Positions 35,501-47,419 of a stretch of 47,476 nucleotides of DNA are shown in pieces (within the stretch, counting starts at the first letter, position 1; each line of letters starts with the position of its first letter). The notes beneath the pieces are model-generated. The model was given only the letters and a program-made list of their open reading frames with translations. It did no database searches and had not been told where the DNA came from. This DNA is from Thermoanaerobaculia bacterium (GTDB taxonomy: Bacteria; Acidobacteriota; Thermoanaerobaculia; Multivoradales; UBA5704): NCBI GenBank assembly GCA_045807605.1, contig JBJMGZ010000658.1, forward strand, positions 1 to 47,476, read 5' to 3'. Both the position numbers and the translations under genes were made by a program.

Positions 35501-36369
35501 ACGAACAGAGTGACCCCTTCTTCCCGCGCGCGCTTCTGGAGAGCGTCGTGGAGGTCCGGGGAGAGGGCGAGCGGCACCTGCCCGCCCCGGCGCAGCGAGC
35601 GCGCCGGCCGCGGCCGGTCGGTCGCCAGCGCGAGGACCTCCGGCGCGCCGGCGAGCTGCCCGCGCCAGTAGGCGAGCTGCCCTTCGAGGACCTCGCCCTG
35701 CAGCCAGCCGCGCTGCCAGCGGGCGAAGTCCCCGTACTGGATCGGCAGCGGCGGCAGCGCGGCGGCGCCGTAGGCCGCGGCGAGCTCGCGCACGACGACG
35801 TAGTAGGACCAGCCGTCGGCCACGATGTGGTGGAAGACGATCAGGAGCAGGTGCTCCTCGTCCGCGAGCCGGTAGAGCACCGCGCGCAGCAGCGGCCCCG
35901 CCGCGAGGTCGAAGGGCGCGAGCGCCACCTCGGCCGCGGAGCGCCGCGCCGCCGGCTCCCGCTCGGCCCCGGGGAGGTGCCGCAGATCGACCCGCGGCAG
36001 CGCCGGCCCGGCGGCCGGCCGGACCACCTGGACCGGCACGCCGTCCTCCAGGCGGAAGGTGGTGCGCAGCGCCTCGTGCCGGCCGAGCACCTCGTCGAAG
36101 GCGCGGGCGAGATCGCGCTCCCGCAGCGGCCCCTCGATGCGGGTCAGGCTCGGCTCGTTGTAGGCCGCGAGCCCGGGCTCGAACGCCTGCAGGAACCAGA
36201 GCCGCTCCTGGGCGAAGGAGAGCGGGAAGACCGGCGGCTCCCCCTCGCGCCGGCGCGGGATCTCCAGACCGCCCGCCGCGGCGGCACGCCCCTTCTTCTC
36301 CTGGATCATCCGGGCGATGAGCTCCAGACGCTCCGGAGAGAGGTTGGCAAGTTGCGTGCGATCCAGCAT
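26587..36369 (-). CDS. NRPS-2: C-A(Thr)-T-C-A(DIWEMTLDDK)-T-C-A(DIWEITADDK)-T, 3260 aa
   Basis: Track ORF 26587..36369, starting MLDRTQLANLSPERLELIARMIQEKK. There are three C domains (HHIVADGWS, HHIVSDGWS, HHIVSDAWS), three A domains (YTSGSTGKPKG, FTSGSTGTPKG, FTSGSTGVPKG) and three carriers (FFDLGGHSLS, FFDLGGHSLL, FFELGGHSLL). The acidic tail is IEQIESLSEDEVDSLLEP. Confidence 0.95.
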   Translation of the reverse strand: MLDRTQLANLSPERLELIARMIQEKKGRAAAAGGLEIPRRREGEPPVFPLSFAQERLWFLQAFEPGLAAYNEPSLTRIEGPLRERDLARAFDEVLGRHEALRTTFRLEDGVPVQVVRPAAGPALPRVDLRHLPGAEREPAARRSAAEVALAPFDLAAGPLLRAVLYRLADEEHLLLIVFHHIVADGWSYYVVVRELAAAYGAAALPPLPIQYGDFARWQRGWLQGEVLEGQLAYWRGQLAGAPEVLALATDRPRPARSLRRGGQVPLALSPDLHDALQKRAREEGVTLFVLLLAAWQVLLRCYSGADDVVVGMPVAGRNRTEIEGLVGFFVNTLALRVDLPGDPALAELLSAVRRVTLEALAHQDLPFDRLVQALQVERNPSYNPLVQVTLAFQNAIPDSVDLPGLSLRRERLDIGTSKFDLNLSLHELGGLLAGWLEYDSELFDPATAARMAGHLQSLLQGVGSAALRSRLSELPLLDPEERRQLLCEAPPAELPVDACLHELFARQAEQRPDAAAVVCGGESVAYGELRNRAGRLARRLCGLGVGPEVRVGLCVERSVDMVVGILGILEAGGAYVPLDPAYPESRLRFLLEDSGIRVLLTQSALRDRLPGCAAAVLAVLDLDGSFGDEPGPAPEAAGPASLAYVIYTSGSTGKPKGVGVTHANVVRLLRSTEGLFDFGPGDVWTLFHSHAFDFSVWEIWGALAYGGTLVVVPYWVSRSPSAFHELLVRERVTVLNQTPSAFLQLMEADREAGGELALRWVIFGGEALDPRSLRPWMERYGDERPRLVNMYGITETTVHVTWRRLLSEDVLSGRAASAIGAPLPDLSLYLLDRSFQPVPRGVPGEIWVGGAGAARGYLGQPDLTAQRFLPDPFGGVPGARLYRSGDLARRLPGGDLDYQGRIDHQVKIRGFRIELGEIEAALAEHPGVRQPLVLALPGPAGEPRLVAYLVPAQAEPPSAEELRAHLRKRLPEHMVPAAFVTLDAIPLTAHGKIDRTALPAPDLAGAGAAASPPPRTPMEQLIAGIWSDVLGISRIGVEDSFFDLGGHSLSTARVASRLREVCGVDLPLRRLFELPTVLLLAAEVERSRELGADRQIPPLRPVPREGRIPLSFSQQRVWFFDRWEPGSAVFNLATAVRLEGRLDVAALEAGLNEIVRRHETLRSRFLDVDGEPLQVIDPFAPCPFPVVDVSALPPSRRRAEQERLVDEEARKPFDLRTGPLLRATLLRLSPTEHLAVLTLHHIVSDGWSLWVLTREMSAAYEAFAAGRRPGLPELPIQFPDYAAWQRGWLQGEVLASELEFWKGQLAGAPDSLDLPLDRPRPPVQQYRGARAGFALSDSVTARLRALGQKTGSTLFMSLLTAWYTLLWRYSGQPDLTTGTVIANRHRREVENLIGFFINTLVLRARLHEGMSFRQALARVRDVTLGVYAHQDMPFEKLVEELNPERHLSLTPLFQVMLILQNTPSAALELGDLRIAAREIERDVVNYDLLFYLEERGDGLAGDLDYDVDLFDRTTVGRLLAHFEALLLNLVEDPDRGLLQAPLLAAAERQHLLLEWNDTARPSSSRLGTLSEMFEEQAALRPAACASSCAEERVSYGELAERVDRMARVLAARGVGRDAIVPVLADRGIPFLTAILSILRCGAAYLPLDPAHPERRIGQILESSGAAFALASQDHAARMRAAVEILAAPPRFEVLEEVLAGEPDAGAPPYGEPGNLAYVIFTSGSTGTPKGVMVEVKGLVNNVRSKVEDLPLDDRDVVAQTASQCFDISVWQFLAVLAAGGTVRIVPDKVAHDPWTLLQEIEAGGITVLEIVPSLLQALLDEADRLGAARPPLARLRWVMPTGEAVPSDLCRRWLSVYPHVPLLNLYGPSECSDDVSTLAISEGREAGSGITPVGRPLRNARLYIVDPRLQPAPIGVPGELCVGGVCVGRGYLADPARTAASFVPDALSGDAGSRFYRTGDFARYLPDGRVDFLGRLDHQVKVRGFRIEIGEIEAVLRKHEEVGQAVVAVRRDGGSAASARLVGYVVAAGEEREGLPARLRAWLGELLPDYMVPSVFVFLDRLPLSPNGKIDYKALPAPEAGQEGTAGTPPRTRTERQLAEIWQELLKREQVGVEDSFFDLGGHSLLAIQVLSRLRASMGIDLPLRELFEAPTLAGLAARVDAALGTTSELAAIPIRTAAAGEALPLSFAQERLWFLDQFEPGSPAYNLPSVTLLEGIAEPAVFAAILDEIVRRHATLRTTFTSVEGQPRQIVHERLPIELRLIDLSALPEAARERETVRLAVLDGRLPFSLERGPLIRALLVRRSPREHVLLLNLHHIVSDAWSMGVLLSEVSALYTAIAAGRPPLLPELPVQYTDFACWQRDALQGEVLERQLAFWKERLADAPAALDLPRRRAQNDGDPWQGGTRWFRVPDTLAARLRVLSRQSGTTLFMTLLGGFAALLQRYSGASDIPVGVPVAGRGRTELERLIGFFVNTLVVRADLSGTPDVEELLRRVRRVALDAFGHQDVPFERLVAEINPDRDLERSALFQVMFALQNAPLERIELPGLSLSRMDVETGTTRFELFLEMTEDGTGLEGALHFSTSLFDAPFIARFLEHFQALLGCMAESPGRDVASLPVLSETSRAQLLGEWNDRAGSFPRGQAFQQLFEGLAAQHPDRVAAACDGESLTYAQLDRRANRLAASLIQHGVDAEGLVALLAERGLDFLVAMLGVFKAGGAYLPLDPHHPAGRIRQVLEQSRSRWVLASQALRPLAEEAGTEAGLLDLETLADGELAEAPPARSGSANLAYVIFTSGSTGVPKGAMVVHGGMINHLFAKIEDLALTGADVVAQTASQCFDISVWQFLAPLATGGRVEIYRDAVAHDPAVLFDRVEADGVTVLETVPSLMRLMLEEIRRRGAGAGPGLAALRWLIPTGEALPPELCREWHRAYPGAALLNAYGPTECSDDISHHRVTIEEAAQARSIPIGRPVLNTQLYVMSPWLDPVPLEVTGELCVGGGGVGRGYLFDPAKTAAVFVPDPCSVLPGARLYRTGDLACLRADGNLEFLGRIDHQVKIRGFRLELGEIEAVLSEHPAIAGVVVLARPEPSGAQRLVAYVVIRTPGEATVQDLRQFLQSRLPDYAVPSAWVELERLPLNTSGKVDRRALPEVGGEGGQDRPYVAPRTEIEAAVAEIFTQVVGVERVGVFDNFFELGGHSLLATQATWRLRETFGVELALRALFEAPTVAELSGVIEDRMIEQIESLSEDEVDSLLEPASGAMAP
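26929..28437 (-). other. A domain of NRPS-2 module 3, code DIWEITADDK (diamino-acid/Dab-like, uncertain)
   Basis: The code was read from QCFDISVWQ / TVLETVPS / WLIPTGE / NAYGPTECSDD. It differs at one position from DIWELTADDK, which I recall as the 2,4-diaminobutyrate code of pyoverdine PvdL. Confidence 0.5.
30136..31662 (-). other. A domain of NRPS-2 module 2, code DIWEMTLDDK (diamino-acid/Dab-like, uncertain)
   Basis: The code was read from QCFDISVWQ / TVLEIVPS / WVMPTGE / NLYGPSECSDD. Confidence 0.45.
33370..34872 (-). other. A domain of NRPS-2 module 1, predicted Thr (approximate boundaries)
   Basis: The code is D F W N I G M V H K, identical to the published Thr code. Confidence 0.85.
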
Positions 36370-36379
36370 GCCTCGTCCC

Positions 36380-39742
<3,363 letters not shown>

Positions 39743-42700
39743 TCAGGCCACTTCTTCCTCGGAGACCTCGGAGAGGCGCTGCACCAGCTCCTCGCGGGTG
39801 AGCTGCGACAGCTCGGCGAGCGCCGAGGAGAGCTCGTCCTCGTCCACCAGCGCCGCCTGCTCGCGCACGATCACGACCCCCAGCTCCGCCACGGTCGGCG
39901 CCTCGAAGAGCGCGCGCAGCGCGATCTCGACTTCAAAGGACTCGCGCACCCGCGAGATGAGCTGCGTGGCGACCAGGGAGTTGCCGCCCAGGTCGAAGAA
40001 ATTGTCGTGGATGCCCACATCGCCGACCCCCAGCATGTCCTGGTACAGCTCCACGAGCCGGATCTCCAGGTCGCTGCGCGGCGGCGCGTAGGGGGCGCGG
40101 GCCGCGGCGCGATGGCCGGCGTCCCGGCCCGATCCGAGGAGGGCGATGTGCTCGGCGGCGCGCGATCCGGTCAGGCTTCCGATGCGGTCCTGGACCGCGG
40201 CGAAGTCGCGCACCGAGACGACCCACTGCGGCTCGTCGAGCGCACTCGCCAGGAGCCGGCCGAAGGCCTCGGCCCCCTCCTGCGGGCGGATGCCCAGCGA
40301 CCAGTCGCCCCCGCGGGCCGGCGGGGCTGTTGCCGGGACGGGCGGCGCCTCCAGCCGCCGCATGGCATAGCCGCGCACGTCGAGGAGGACGCGGCCCTCG
40401 GGATCGCCGACCGTGACATCGCAGACCAGGAGGTTCGAGCCCGCGGCCTGCCCGCGCAGCCGGAAGTGGACCTGCACCCGGGCGGGCAGGCGGTCGTGGA
40501 TCGTCACCTCGTCGTAGCCGAGCGGCAGCCAGGCCGCGTCGCCCAGCACCCGGACGATGCCCGTGGCCACGTCGGCGAGCGCGGGGTGAAGCCCGAAGTG
40601 CTCCAGGTCGCCGCGGTGGTCCTCCGGCAGCTCGAGGCGGGCCCAGCCCTCCTCCTCGTTGCAACGCAGCTCGCGCAGGAGCCCGCGCCAGCGCTCGCCG
40701 AACTCGACCCACTCCGCCAGACGGTCGTCGCCGGGACGGATCTCGCGGACGGGAAAAGCCGTCGGGAAATCGTGGCGCCCGCCGGCCGCCTCCGGAAGGA
40801 GCTCCACCCTCGCCCGTGCATGCTCCTGCCACTGTCCGTTCTGCCCGCTCTCGATCACGACCTGGTCGCCGTCCGGCCGGACGCGCAGGAGCCGGACCTG
40901 GCCCGCGGGCACGGTGCAGGGCTGGGAGAAGGTCACGTTGCGCAGGCTCACCCTCTGCCCCCTCTCCTCCACGGCGCGCCGCGCCATCTCCAGATAGGCC
41001 GTGCCCGGCACGAGGCCCACGCCCTGCAGGCGGTGCTCGGCCACGAGCCAGTGGTCGGCGGGCAGGCGGGTCAGGAGAGCTCCTCCATCGGCCTGCTCCC
41101 AGTGCGGATAGACCGCCTCGGGCTCGCCGAGCAGGCTGCCGAGGCGGACCGAGACGCCGGCCTCCGCGGCCTGCCCCACCTCCAGCCAGCTGTCCCAGTT
41201 GACCGACACGATCCGGGTGCCGCCGCGGCTGGCGCTCCGCTGGGCATAGGCGTCCAGGAAGGCGTTGGCCGCGGCGTGGTCGACGAGGCCCAGGGCGCCG
41301 GTCAACGAGGTGAGCGACGAGCAGAGCAGGAGGAAGTCGAGGTCCGGGCCGCCGAACACCTCGTCGAGGATGCGGGTGCCCTCGACCTTGGGCGCCAGGA
41401 CGGCCTCGGCCATGCCGCGGCTCTTGAGCTGGATCAGGCCGCCGGGAGCCTGGCCGGCGGCATGGATCACGCCGTGGACGGCGCCGAAGCGCTCCAGGGC
41501 GGCGCGGCGGACCCCTTCCATCTCGTCGCGCCGCAGCACGTCGGCGCGGCAGACGAGCACCTCGGCGCCCGCGGCCTTCAGGGCCTCCAGCCGGCGGAGC
41601 CTCTCGCCCGTGGGCTCGGAGCGCCCGACGAGCACCAGGCGGGCGTCGAAGCGCTCGGCCAGGTAGGCCGCCAGGGTGAGGCCGATGCCCCCGGTGCCGC
41701 CGGTGATCACGTAGACGCCGTTGCGGCGCAGGCGCGTGGCTTCCGGCTCGCCCAGGCGTACGGGCTCGAACCCGCGCAGCCAGCGGCGGCGTCCGCGCAG
41801 GGCCACCGCGCTCTCCGTGCCTCCGAGCTCGGCGCGGAGCGGCGCGAGCCAGCGCTCGGCGAACGCTTCTCCCGGCCGAGGCAGGTCCACCTGCCGGCAG
41901 ACGATGCCGGGGTACTCCTGCGGGATCACGCGGCAGGGGCCGGCGAGAGCCGCCTTGGCGGGCTCCACGCCCTCCTCGCCGGTCACGTCGAAGGCGCCGC
42001 CCGAGACCGCGGTGAGCGAGAGCTCCCGCCCCTCCTGGCCGGCCACGCTCCCCCACGCCTGGGCGAGGAAGAGCAGGCTGTAGAAGCCGCGGTCGAGCGC
42101 CTCCCCGGCCGCGGGCAGGCTCCAGAGGTGGACGGCGTGCCGCGGCAGGAGGTCTTCCCCGGCAAGACTGCGCAGCAGCTCCTCATAGCCTTGCGGCCGG
42201 CCCGGATCGAGGGCGAAGCGGCGCCCGCCGAGCCGGGCGAACAGCTCGCCGGGCTCGACGGAGACGACCTCCCGCCCTTCCGCTTCCAGGGCCGCGGCCA
42301 GCCGCCGCCCCAGCCCCGTCCCATCCTCGAACACCAGCCACGGCCCGTCCGCGGCCGCCGCCGCGCCCGCGGGCCCGGCCTGCCGCCAGACCGGAACGTA
42401 GAACCAGTCGCCCGGATCGGGCTTCTTGTCCAGGGAAGCCGCCTGGGGCGCAGCTGTTTGACGCGCCACGGGATCGATCCAGTAGCGCCGGCGTTCGAAG
42501 GGGTAGGTGGGCAGCGGGATGCGCCGCCGCTCCTCGCCGGCATGGAAGCCCTGCCAGTCGGGCTGGACGCCCGCGGTCCACAGGCGGCCGAGCGCGTGGA
42601 GCAGGAAGGCCTGCGCCGGCTGCGGGTCGTACTCGTGGGGCAGCGACGGCAGCGCCACCGACCTGGAGGAGGGCTCGGCGCTCTGCAGCGCGATGCTCGA

Positions 42701-45199
42701 CAGGCTCTGCCCCGGCCCGATCTCCAGCAGGGCCCAGTCGCGGCGCCGCAAGAGCTCGGCCACGCCCTCGCCGAAGCGCACGGTGCGGCACATGTGCTCG
42801 GCCCAGTAGGCCGGATCCGTCGCCTCCCCGGCGGTGATCCAGGTGCCGGTGACGTTCGACAGGAACGGGACCGCGGGGGCCGAGAGGGCGATCCCGTGCA
42901 GCGCCGCGCGGAAGTCGGGGAGCGCCGGCTCCAGGAGCCGCGAGTGGAACGGGTGGCGCGCCCGCAGGCGCCGGTGCACGGCCTCGCGCCGCCCGAGCTC
43001 CGCTTCGAGCTCCGCCACGTCGTCCGGACCTCCCGCCACCACGCAGAAGGCCGGACCGTTGACGGCAGCCAGGCTCAGACCGCGGAAGCGCTCTCCGGCG
43101 AGCAGCGCGCGCACCTCCGGCTCGGGCAGCGAGACGGCGAGCATCGCGCCCTCGGGCCGCTGGTCGATGATGCGCGCCCGCTGCGCCACCAGCCGGAGAG
43201 CGCCCTCCAGGGAGAAGACGCCGGCCAGGCAGGCCGCCACGTACTCGCCGATCGAGTAGCCGATCATCGCGCCTGGCCGGATGCCCCAGGACATCCACAG
43301 CCGCGCCAGCGCGTGCTCGACCACGAAGAGCGCGGGATGGAGGATGCCGGTGCGGCTCAGCGGCTCCGACTGCGGATCGGCCGCGGTTTCGCCGCGGCCC
43401 AGCATGCGGCGCAGGTCGGGCGCGCCTCCGGCGGCGGCGGCGCGGCCCTCGGGATAGAGGACGTGCCGCACGTCGAGGCCGAGGAGCGGCCGGAGGATCT
43501 CCGCGCAGCGGTCCACCTCCTCGCGGTAGACCGGCTCGTGGTCGTAGAGATCGCGCCCCATCCCCACGTAGTGGTCGCCGATGCCGGAGAACAGGAAGGC
43601 GACGGCGCGGTCCGTCCCCGGCTTCACCTCGCCGGCGGCGATCCGGCGCGGCGCCGCGCCGCGCAGCAGGGCGGCGGCGTCCGCGGCATCGCGGCAGACC
43701 AGGGCCTGGCGCATCTCGAAGGCCTTGCGTCCACGCGCCAGGGTGAAGGCCGCGTCGGCGAGATCCACTCCCGTGTCGAGGCAGGCCGCGAGGTCCGCCG
43801 ACGCCTGCTCCAGGGCGCCGGCGGTGCGCGCGGAGAGCACCAGGAGCTGCCAGGGGCGGGACGGCCCCGGGGGCGGCGCCGCGGGAGCCTCCTCCAGCAC
43901 CACGTGCGCATTGGTGCCGCCGACGCCGAAGGAGCTCACGCCGGCGCGGCGCGGCATGCCGTCCGGCACCTCCCAGGGCGTGAGCTCGGCGGCGACGTAG
44001 AACGGGCTCGACTCCAGCTCGAGGAGCGGGTTCGGCTGCGTGAAGTGCAGGGTCGGCGGGATCTCGCGCCGGCCGAGGGCGAGCACGGTCTTGATCAGTC
44101 CCGAGGTGCCCGCCGCGGCGTCGAGGTGGCCGATGTTGGTCTTCAGCGAGCCCAGGGCGCAGAAGCCCCGGGCGTCGGTGGAGCGGCGGAAGGCCTGGGT
44201 CAGCGCCGTGACCTCGATCGGGTCGCCGAGCGGCGTGCCCGTGCCGTGCGCCTCGACGTAGGTGACCGTCTCCGGGTCGATCTCGCCCAGCGACTGCGCC
44301 ATGCCGATCACCTCGGCCTGCCCCTCGACGCTGGGCGCCGTGTAGTCGAGCTTGAGCGAGCCGTCGTTGTTGACCGCGAAGCCGCGGATCACGGCATGCA
44401 CCGTGTCGCCGTCGGCGCGGGCGTCCTCCAGCCGCTTGAGCACCACCACGGCCGCGCCGTCGCCCAGCACCGTGCCGCGCGCGCGGGCGTCGAAGGCGCG
44501 GCAGTGGCCGTCCGGCGCGTAGACCCCCTCCTGGTAGAGATAGCCCGAGTGATTCGGCACGGTGACCGAGACGCCGCCGGCCAGCGCCATGTCGCACTGG
44601 TAGCTCAGCAGGCTCTGGCAGGCCAGGGCGACTCCGACGAGCGACGACGAGCAGGCCGTCTGCACGTTGACCGCCGGCCCTCTCAGGTTGAGCTTGTAGG
44701 CCACGAGCGTGGCCAGGAAATCCTTGTCGTTGCGGATGCGGATCTGGAGCGGACCCACGCGCCGCACGAGCTCGTCGTTGGGCGCCAGGTTGCGCAGCAG
44801 GTAGCCCGTCAGGTTGGCGCCGGCGAAGACGCCGATGGCCCCGTCGTAGACGTCGGGGTTGCAGCCGGCGTGCTCCAGGGCGCGCCAGGCCTCCTCCAGG
44901 AAGAGGCGGTGCTGCGGGTCCATGGTCTCGGCCTCGCGGGGGGTGAAGCCGAAGAAGCCGGCGTCGAAGAGATCGACGCCGTCGAGCGCTCCCCGCGCCT
45001 TGACGTAGTTGGGGTCCTGGAGCTGCGCCGGGTCCACGCCCGCCGCCACGAGCTCGGCCTGCGAGAAGAAGCGGATCGACTCGACGCCGTCGCGCAGGTT
45101 GCGCCAGAAGGTCTCGAGGTCCGCGGCGCCCGGCAGGCGCACGCTCATGCCGACGACCGCGATCCCTTCGAGACCCTCCGGAGACTCTTCATCCACCAT
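39743..45199 (-). CDS. Type I polyketide synthase: KS-AT(malonyl-type)-KR-DH(hot-dog)-carrier, about 1818 aa
   Basis: Track ORF 39743..45205 starts on a GTG that lies inside the Shine-Dalgarno sequence. I prefer the ATG at 45197-45199, 5 nt after GGGAGG. Domain evidence:
- KS triad: TACSSS, EAHGTGT, KTNIGHL
- AT: GYSIGE and RHPFHS (HAFH-like, so malonyl)
- KR Rossmann fold: [16 protein letters not shown]
- DH: [10 protein letters not shown] (HxxxGxxxxP) and [10 protein letters not shown]
- Carrier: [14 protein letters not shown] (PCP-like). Confidence 0.9.
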   Translation of the reverse strand: MVDEESPEGLEGIAVVGMSVRLPGAADLETFWRNLRDGVESIRFFSQAELVAAGVDPAQLQDPNYVKARGALDGVDLFDAGFFGFTPREAETMDPQHRLFLEEAWRALEHAGCNPDVYDGAIGVFAGANLTGYLLRNLAPNDELVRRVGPLQIRIRNDKDFLATLVAYKLNLRGPAVNVQTACSSSLVGVALACQSLLSYQCDMALAGGVSVTVPNHSGYLYQEGVYAPDGHCRAFDARARGTVLGDGAAVVVLKRLEDARADGDTVHAVIRGFAVNNDGSLKLDYTAPSVEGQAEVIGMAQSLGEIDPETVTYVEAHGTGTPLGDPIEVTALTQAFRRSTDARGFCALGSLKTNIGHLDAAAGTSGLIKTVLALGRREIPPTLHFTQPNPLLELESSPFYVAAELTPWEVPDGMPRRAGVSSFGVGGTNAHVVLEEAPAAPPPGPSRPWQLLVLSARTAGALEQASADLAACLDTGVDLADAAFTLARGRKAFEMRQALVCRDAADAAALLRGAAPRRIAAGEVKPGTDRAVAFLFSGIGDHYVGMGRDLYDHEPVYREEVDRCAEILRPLLGLDVRHVLYPEGRAAAAGGAPDLRRMLGRGETAADPQSEPLSRTGILHPALFVVEHALARLWMSWGIRPGAMIGYSIGEYVAACLAGVFSLEGALRLVAQRARIIDQRPEGAMLAVSLPEPEVRALLAGERFRGLSLAAVNGPAFCVVAGGPDDVAELEAELGRREAVHRRLRARHPFHSRLLEPALPDFRAALHGIALSAPAVPFLSNVTGTWITAGEATDPAYWAEHMCRTVRFGEGVAELLRRRDWALLEIGPGQSLSSIALQSAEPSSRSVALPSLPHEYDPQPAQAFLLHALGRLWTAGVQPDWQGFHAGEERRRIPLPTYPFERRRYWIDPVARQTAAPQAASLDKKPDPGDWFYVPVWRQAGPAGAAAAADGPWLVFEDGTGLGRRLAAALEAEGREVVSVEPGELFARLGGRRFALDPGRPQGYEELLRSLAGEDLLPRHAVHLWSLPAAGEALDRGFYSLLFLAQAWGSVAGQEGRELSLTAVSGGAFDVTGEEGVEPAKAALAGPCRVIPQEYPGIVCRQVDLPRPGEAFAERWLAPLRAELGGTESAVALRGRRRWLRGFEPVRLGEPEATRLRRNGVYVITGGTGGIGLTLAAYLAERFDARLVLVGRSEPTGERLRRLEALKAAGAEVLVCRADVLRRDEMEGVRRAALERFGAVHGVIHAAGQAPGGLIQLKSRGMAEAVLAPKVEGTRILDEVFGGPDLDFLLLCSSLTSLTGALGLVDHAAANAFLDAYAQRSASRGGTRIVSVNWDSWLEVGQAAEAGVSVRLGSLLGEPEAVYPHWEQADGGALLTRLPADHWLVAEHRLQGVGLVPGTAYLEMARRAVEERGQRVSLRNVTFSQPCTVPAGQVRLLRVRPDGDQVVIESGQNGQWQEHARARVELLPEAAGGRHDFPTAFPVREIRPGDDRLAEWVEFGERWRGLLRELRCNEEEGWARLELPEDHRGDLEHFGLHPALADVATGIVRVLGDAAWLPLGYDEVTIHDRLPARVQVHFRLRGQAAGSNLLVCDVTVGDPEGRVLLDVRGYAMRRLEAPPVPATAPPARGGDWSLGIRPQEGAEAFGRLLASALDEPQWVVSVRDFAAVQDRIGSLTGSRAAEHIALLGSGRDAGHRAAARAPYAPPRSDLEIRLVELYQDMLGVGDVGIHDNFFDLGGNSLVATQLISRVRESFEVEIALRALFEAPTVAELGVVIVREQAALVDEDELSSALAELSQLTREELVQRLSEVSEEEVA
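39866..40084 (-). other. Carrier domain of the PKS, PCP-like
   Basis: [41 protein letters not shown]. The FFxLGGxSL motif is the NRPS-type signature, not the LGxDSL ACP signature. Confidence 0.75.
40346..41083 (-). other. PKS-type dehydratase hot-dog domain located after the KR (approximate)
   Basis: [23 protein letters not shown] (HxxxGxxxxP) and [15 protein letters not shown]. The Asp is present, but the residue four positions downstream of it is G instead of Q/H. Confidence 0.65.
41171..42358 (-). other. KR domain including the structural subdomain (approximate); the catalytic Tyr position is His
   Basis: [26 protein letters not shown] (Lys), LCSSLTS (Ser) and [18 protein letters not shown]. 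In the last motif the usual Y of the YAAAN motif is H, encoded by CAC at 41276-41278. Confidence 0.75.
42701..43609 (-). other. AT domain (approximate)
   Basis: [14 protein letters not shown], active site [16 protein letters not shown] (GYSIGE rather than GHSxGE), and specificity motif RHPFHS. Confidence 0.75.
43886..45166 (-). other. KS domain (approximate)
   Basis: Motifs [43 protein letters not shown] and [12 protein letters not shown]. The active-site Cys is present, so this is not a KSQ loading-type KS. Confidence 0.85.
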
Positions 45200-46472
45200 G
45201 GGCACCTCCCGACTCCGTTGCGATCGAATCTCCAGCGCTCCACGGCTCCGCGCCTGCGGAGGCGCTCTCGACGAACGCGCGGTGCAGCGCGCGCACGCCC
45301 TCCTGCACTCTCGACGCGTCCACCACGAAGCTCAGCGACTCGCGGCCGGTGAAGCTGTCGAGCACCTCGATGCCGCTCTCCTCCAGCACCTCCAGCGCGT
45401 CGAGCAGCGCCGCCGGCCGCGAGCCGAGGCCGAACCCGATCAGCGACACCGCGCCCAGGCCGCCCTCCAGGGACACGGCGCCGGCGAAGCGCTCTCCGAG
45501 ATCCCTGCCGAGCTGCTCGGGGTTGGGGATCTCCAGGGCCGAGAGCAGCACGTCCACGGCCCCGCCCACGTTGTTGAGCCGGCCGGACACGAGGTCGTAG
45601 CCCGAGATGAGCTGGAAGAGCTCCCGCGCGGCGGCCGCCGGCAGCGCGCAGACCGCGCACAGGCGGAGCAGGTCGGTCCTGCCGGCCACGCCCGCGACCT
45701 CGGGCCGGCGCGGCACGAACACGGAATCCCCGGCGCCCGGGCCGCACCGGATCGCCGAGCCCGGACCGCCGCCGAACGGCGAGCCGATCACGAGCTCGAC
45801 GCCGTTGCTCCTGGCGAACTCCACGGCCTCGGCCTTCATCACCTGCGCGCCGTGCCAGGCCATCTCCTGCATCTCGTCGCCGTGCAGCTCGGCGAGCGGC
45901 TGCGCGCCGGGCACGACGCGGGGATCGGCGCTGTAGACGCTGTCCACGTCGGTGAAGATCTGGCAGGCGTCGGCGTCCAGCGCGGCGGCCAGGGCCGTGG
46001 CCGTGGTGTCCGAGCCGCCGCGGCCCAGGGTGGTGACCTCGCCCTCCGGGCTGACGCCCTGGAACCCGGTCACCACCACGACCGCGCCGCGCTCCAGCTC
46101 CGCGCGCAGCCGCGCCTTGTGGATGCGCAGGATGCGCGCGTTCGTGTGCACGTCGTTGGTGACGATGCCGCACTGGCCGCCGGTCAGCGCCACGGCCTCT
46201 TCTCCCAGGCCGCGGATCGCCATGGCGAGGAGCGCCGCCGAGGTGGTCTCGCCCGTGCTCAGCAGCAGGTCGAGCTCGCGCCGGTGGGGGTCGTCCGCCA
46301 CCTCGCGCGCCAGGGCGAGGAGCCGGTCGGTGGTGTGCCCCATGGCCGAGACCACGACCACCACGTCGCACCCCTGGCGCTTCGCCGCCACGACCCTGCC
46401 CGCCACCGCCCTGATGCGGTCGGTCGAGAGCACCGAGGTGCCGCCGTACTTCTGGACGACCAGGCGCCTCAC
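45189..46472 (-). CDS. Aspartate kinase (monofunctional, LysC-type with C-terminal ACT region), 427 aa
   Basis: This is the real part of track ORF 45189..46853. It starts at the GTG at 46470-46472 ([14 protein letters not shown]...), which overlaps the methyltransferase stop as GTGA. Motifs: [32 protein letters not shown] and [14 protein letters not shown]. Its 3' end overlaps the PKS start by 11 nt. Confidence 0.85.
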   Translation of the reverse strand: MRRLVVQKYGGTSVLSTDRIRAVAGRVVAAKRQGCDVVVVVSAMGHTTDRLLALAREVADDPHRRELDLLLSTGETTSAALLAMAIRGLGEEAVALTGGQCGIVTNDVHTNARILRIHKARLRAELERGAVVVVTGFQGVSPEGEVTTLGRGGSDTTATALAAALDADACQIFTDVDSVYSADPRVVPGAQPLAELHGDEMQEMAWHGAQVMKAEAVEFARSNGVELVIGSPFGGGPGSAIRCGPGAGDSVFVPRRPEVAGVAGRTDLLRLCAVCALPAAAARELFQLISGYDLVSGRLNNVGGAVDVLLSALEIPNPEQLGRDLGERFAGAVSLEGGLGAVSLIGFGLGSRPAALLDALEVLEESGIEVLDSFTGRESLSFVVDASRVQEGVRALHRAFVESASAGAEPWSAGDSIATESGGAHGG

Positions 46473-47419
46473 CGCTCCCTCCGCTGCCCGCGCAGGCGCG
46501 CGAACGCCGCCTTGCTGCGCTGCCCCCGGTCGGACGAGATCGGCGCCGCGGCGGCGCGGCCCTGGAACAGGTCCCTGCGCACGGCGTACAGGTTGTACAT
46601 GACCGATCCGCGGTAGAGCGGGTCCTGCTCGGCCCCGACGTGGAAGCCCTTCCCCTCCAGGAGCTCGGTGACGAGCGCCAGGCGGCCTTCGAAGTCGTGC
46701 ACCTCGATGGCGATCTGGCGCACCTTCGGCCAGTCCTCGGGCGCGAGCCCGCGCAGCACGTCGACCTCGCTCTTCTGCACGTCGATCTTGAGCAGGTCGA
46801 TCGTCTCCACCCCCTCCTGGCGGATGATCTCGGAGAGCGGCACGAGCGGGCATTCGAGGGTCATGGAGGTGAACCGCGCGTCGAGGAAGTCGTCGGACTT
46901 CCGCAGCACCGCGTCCACCTCGCCGTGGCCGGCCTTGAGCTGGTTTTCGAGCACGGTGCGCAGCACGTCCTTCTCCTCCTCCTCGTTGCCGTAGAAGGAC
47001 GACATGCCCGAGCTGTAGGGATAGAAGGTCAGGCTGGCCGTGCCGCGGCGGTCGGAGACGCCGCAGTTGAAGAGCCGGCAGGTCCCGTTGCCGCCGTGGC
47101 GCGCCGCGTTGTAGCGCAGGATCTCGAAGAGCGGCGGCGCGGGCTCGAACGTGTAGGTCACCAGGTCGCGGAACGTCTGGTGGAGAAAGACCGTGAACAG
47201 CCCGATGTTGCCGCCGACGTCGAACACGCAGGCGCCGTCCCAGAGCGTGATGCCGTTGGACAGGTAGACCCGGTGGTCGAAGATGTCCTCGTAGATGTGC
47301 TCCGTCTCCTTGGGGCTCTGGCAGGCGATCTCCAGGCCGTTGGGGAGCGTGCAGAAGCGCTGCACGGACGGCGGCGGCGCGGCCTTGGGATCGATGGGCG
47401 CGATCATCTCGGTCATCAT
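46469..47419 (-). CDS. FkbM-family SAM-dependent methyltransferase, 316 aa
   Basis: Track ORF 46469..47419. It has the SAM-binding motif [16 protein letters not shown] and a typical FkbM N-terminal block [37 protein letters not shown] Shine-Dalgarno sequence lies about 5 nt upstream of the ATG. The frame stays open upstream to the window edge (19 codons), so an N-terminal extension cannot be excluded. Confidence 0.75.
   Translation of the reverse strand: MMTEMIAPIDPKAAPPPSVQRFCTLPNGLEIACQSPKETEHIYEDIFDHRVYLSNGITLWDGACVFDVGGNIGLFTVFLHQTFRDLVTYTFEPAPPLFEILRYNAARHGGNGTCRLFNCGVSDRRGTASLTFYPYSSGMSSFYGNEEEEKDVLRTVLENQLKAGHGEVDAVLRKSDDFLDARFTSMTLECPLVPLSEIIRQEGVETIDLLKIDVQKSEVDVLRGLAPEDWPKVRQIAIEVHDFEGRLALVTELLEGKGFHVGAEQDPLYRGSVMYNLYAVRRDLFQGRAAAAPISSDRGQRSKAAFARLRGQRRER

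Noticed and set aside
39743-45199. An enediyne (PKSE) or PUFA synthase identity for the PKS, suggested by the KR-then-DH order.
   Set aside because: There is no internal ACP between AT and KR, no tandem ACPs, no C-terminal PPTase domain and no enediyne accessory genes. The carrier is terminal and docks to an NRPS C domain. Only the domain order is shared.
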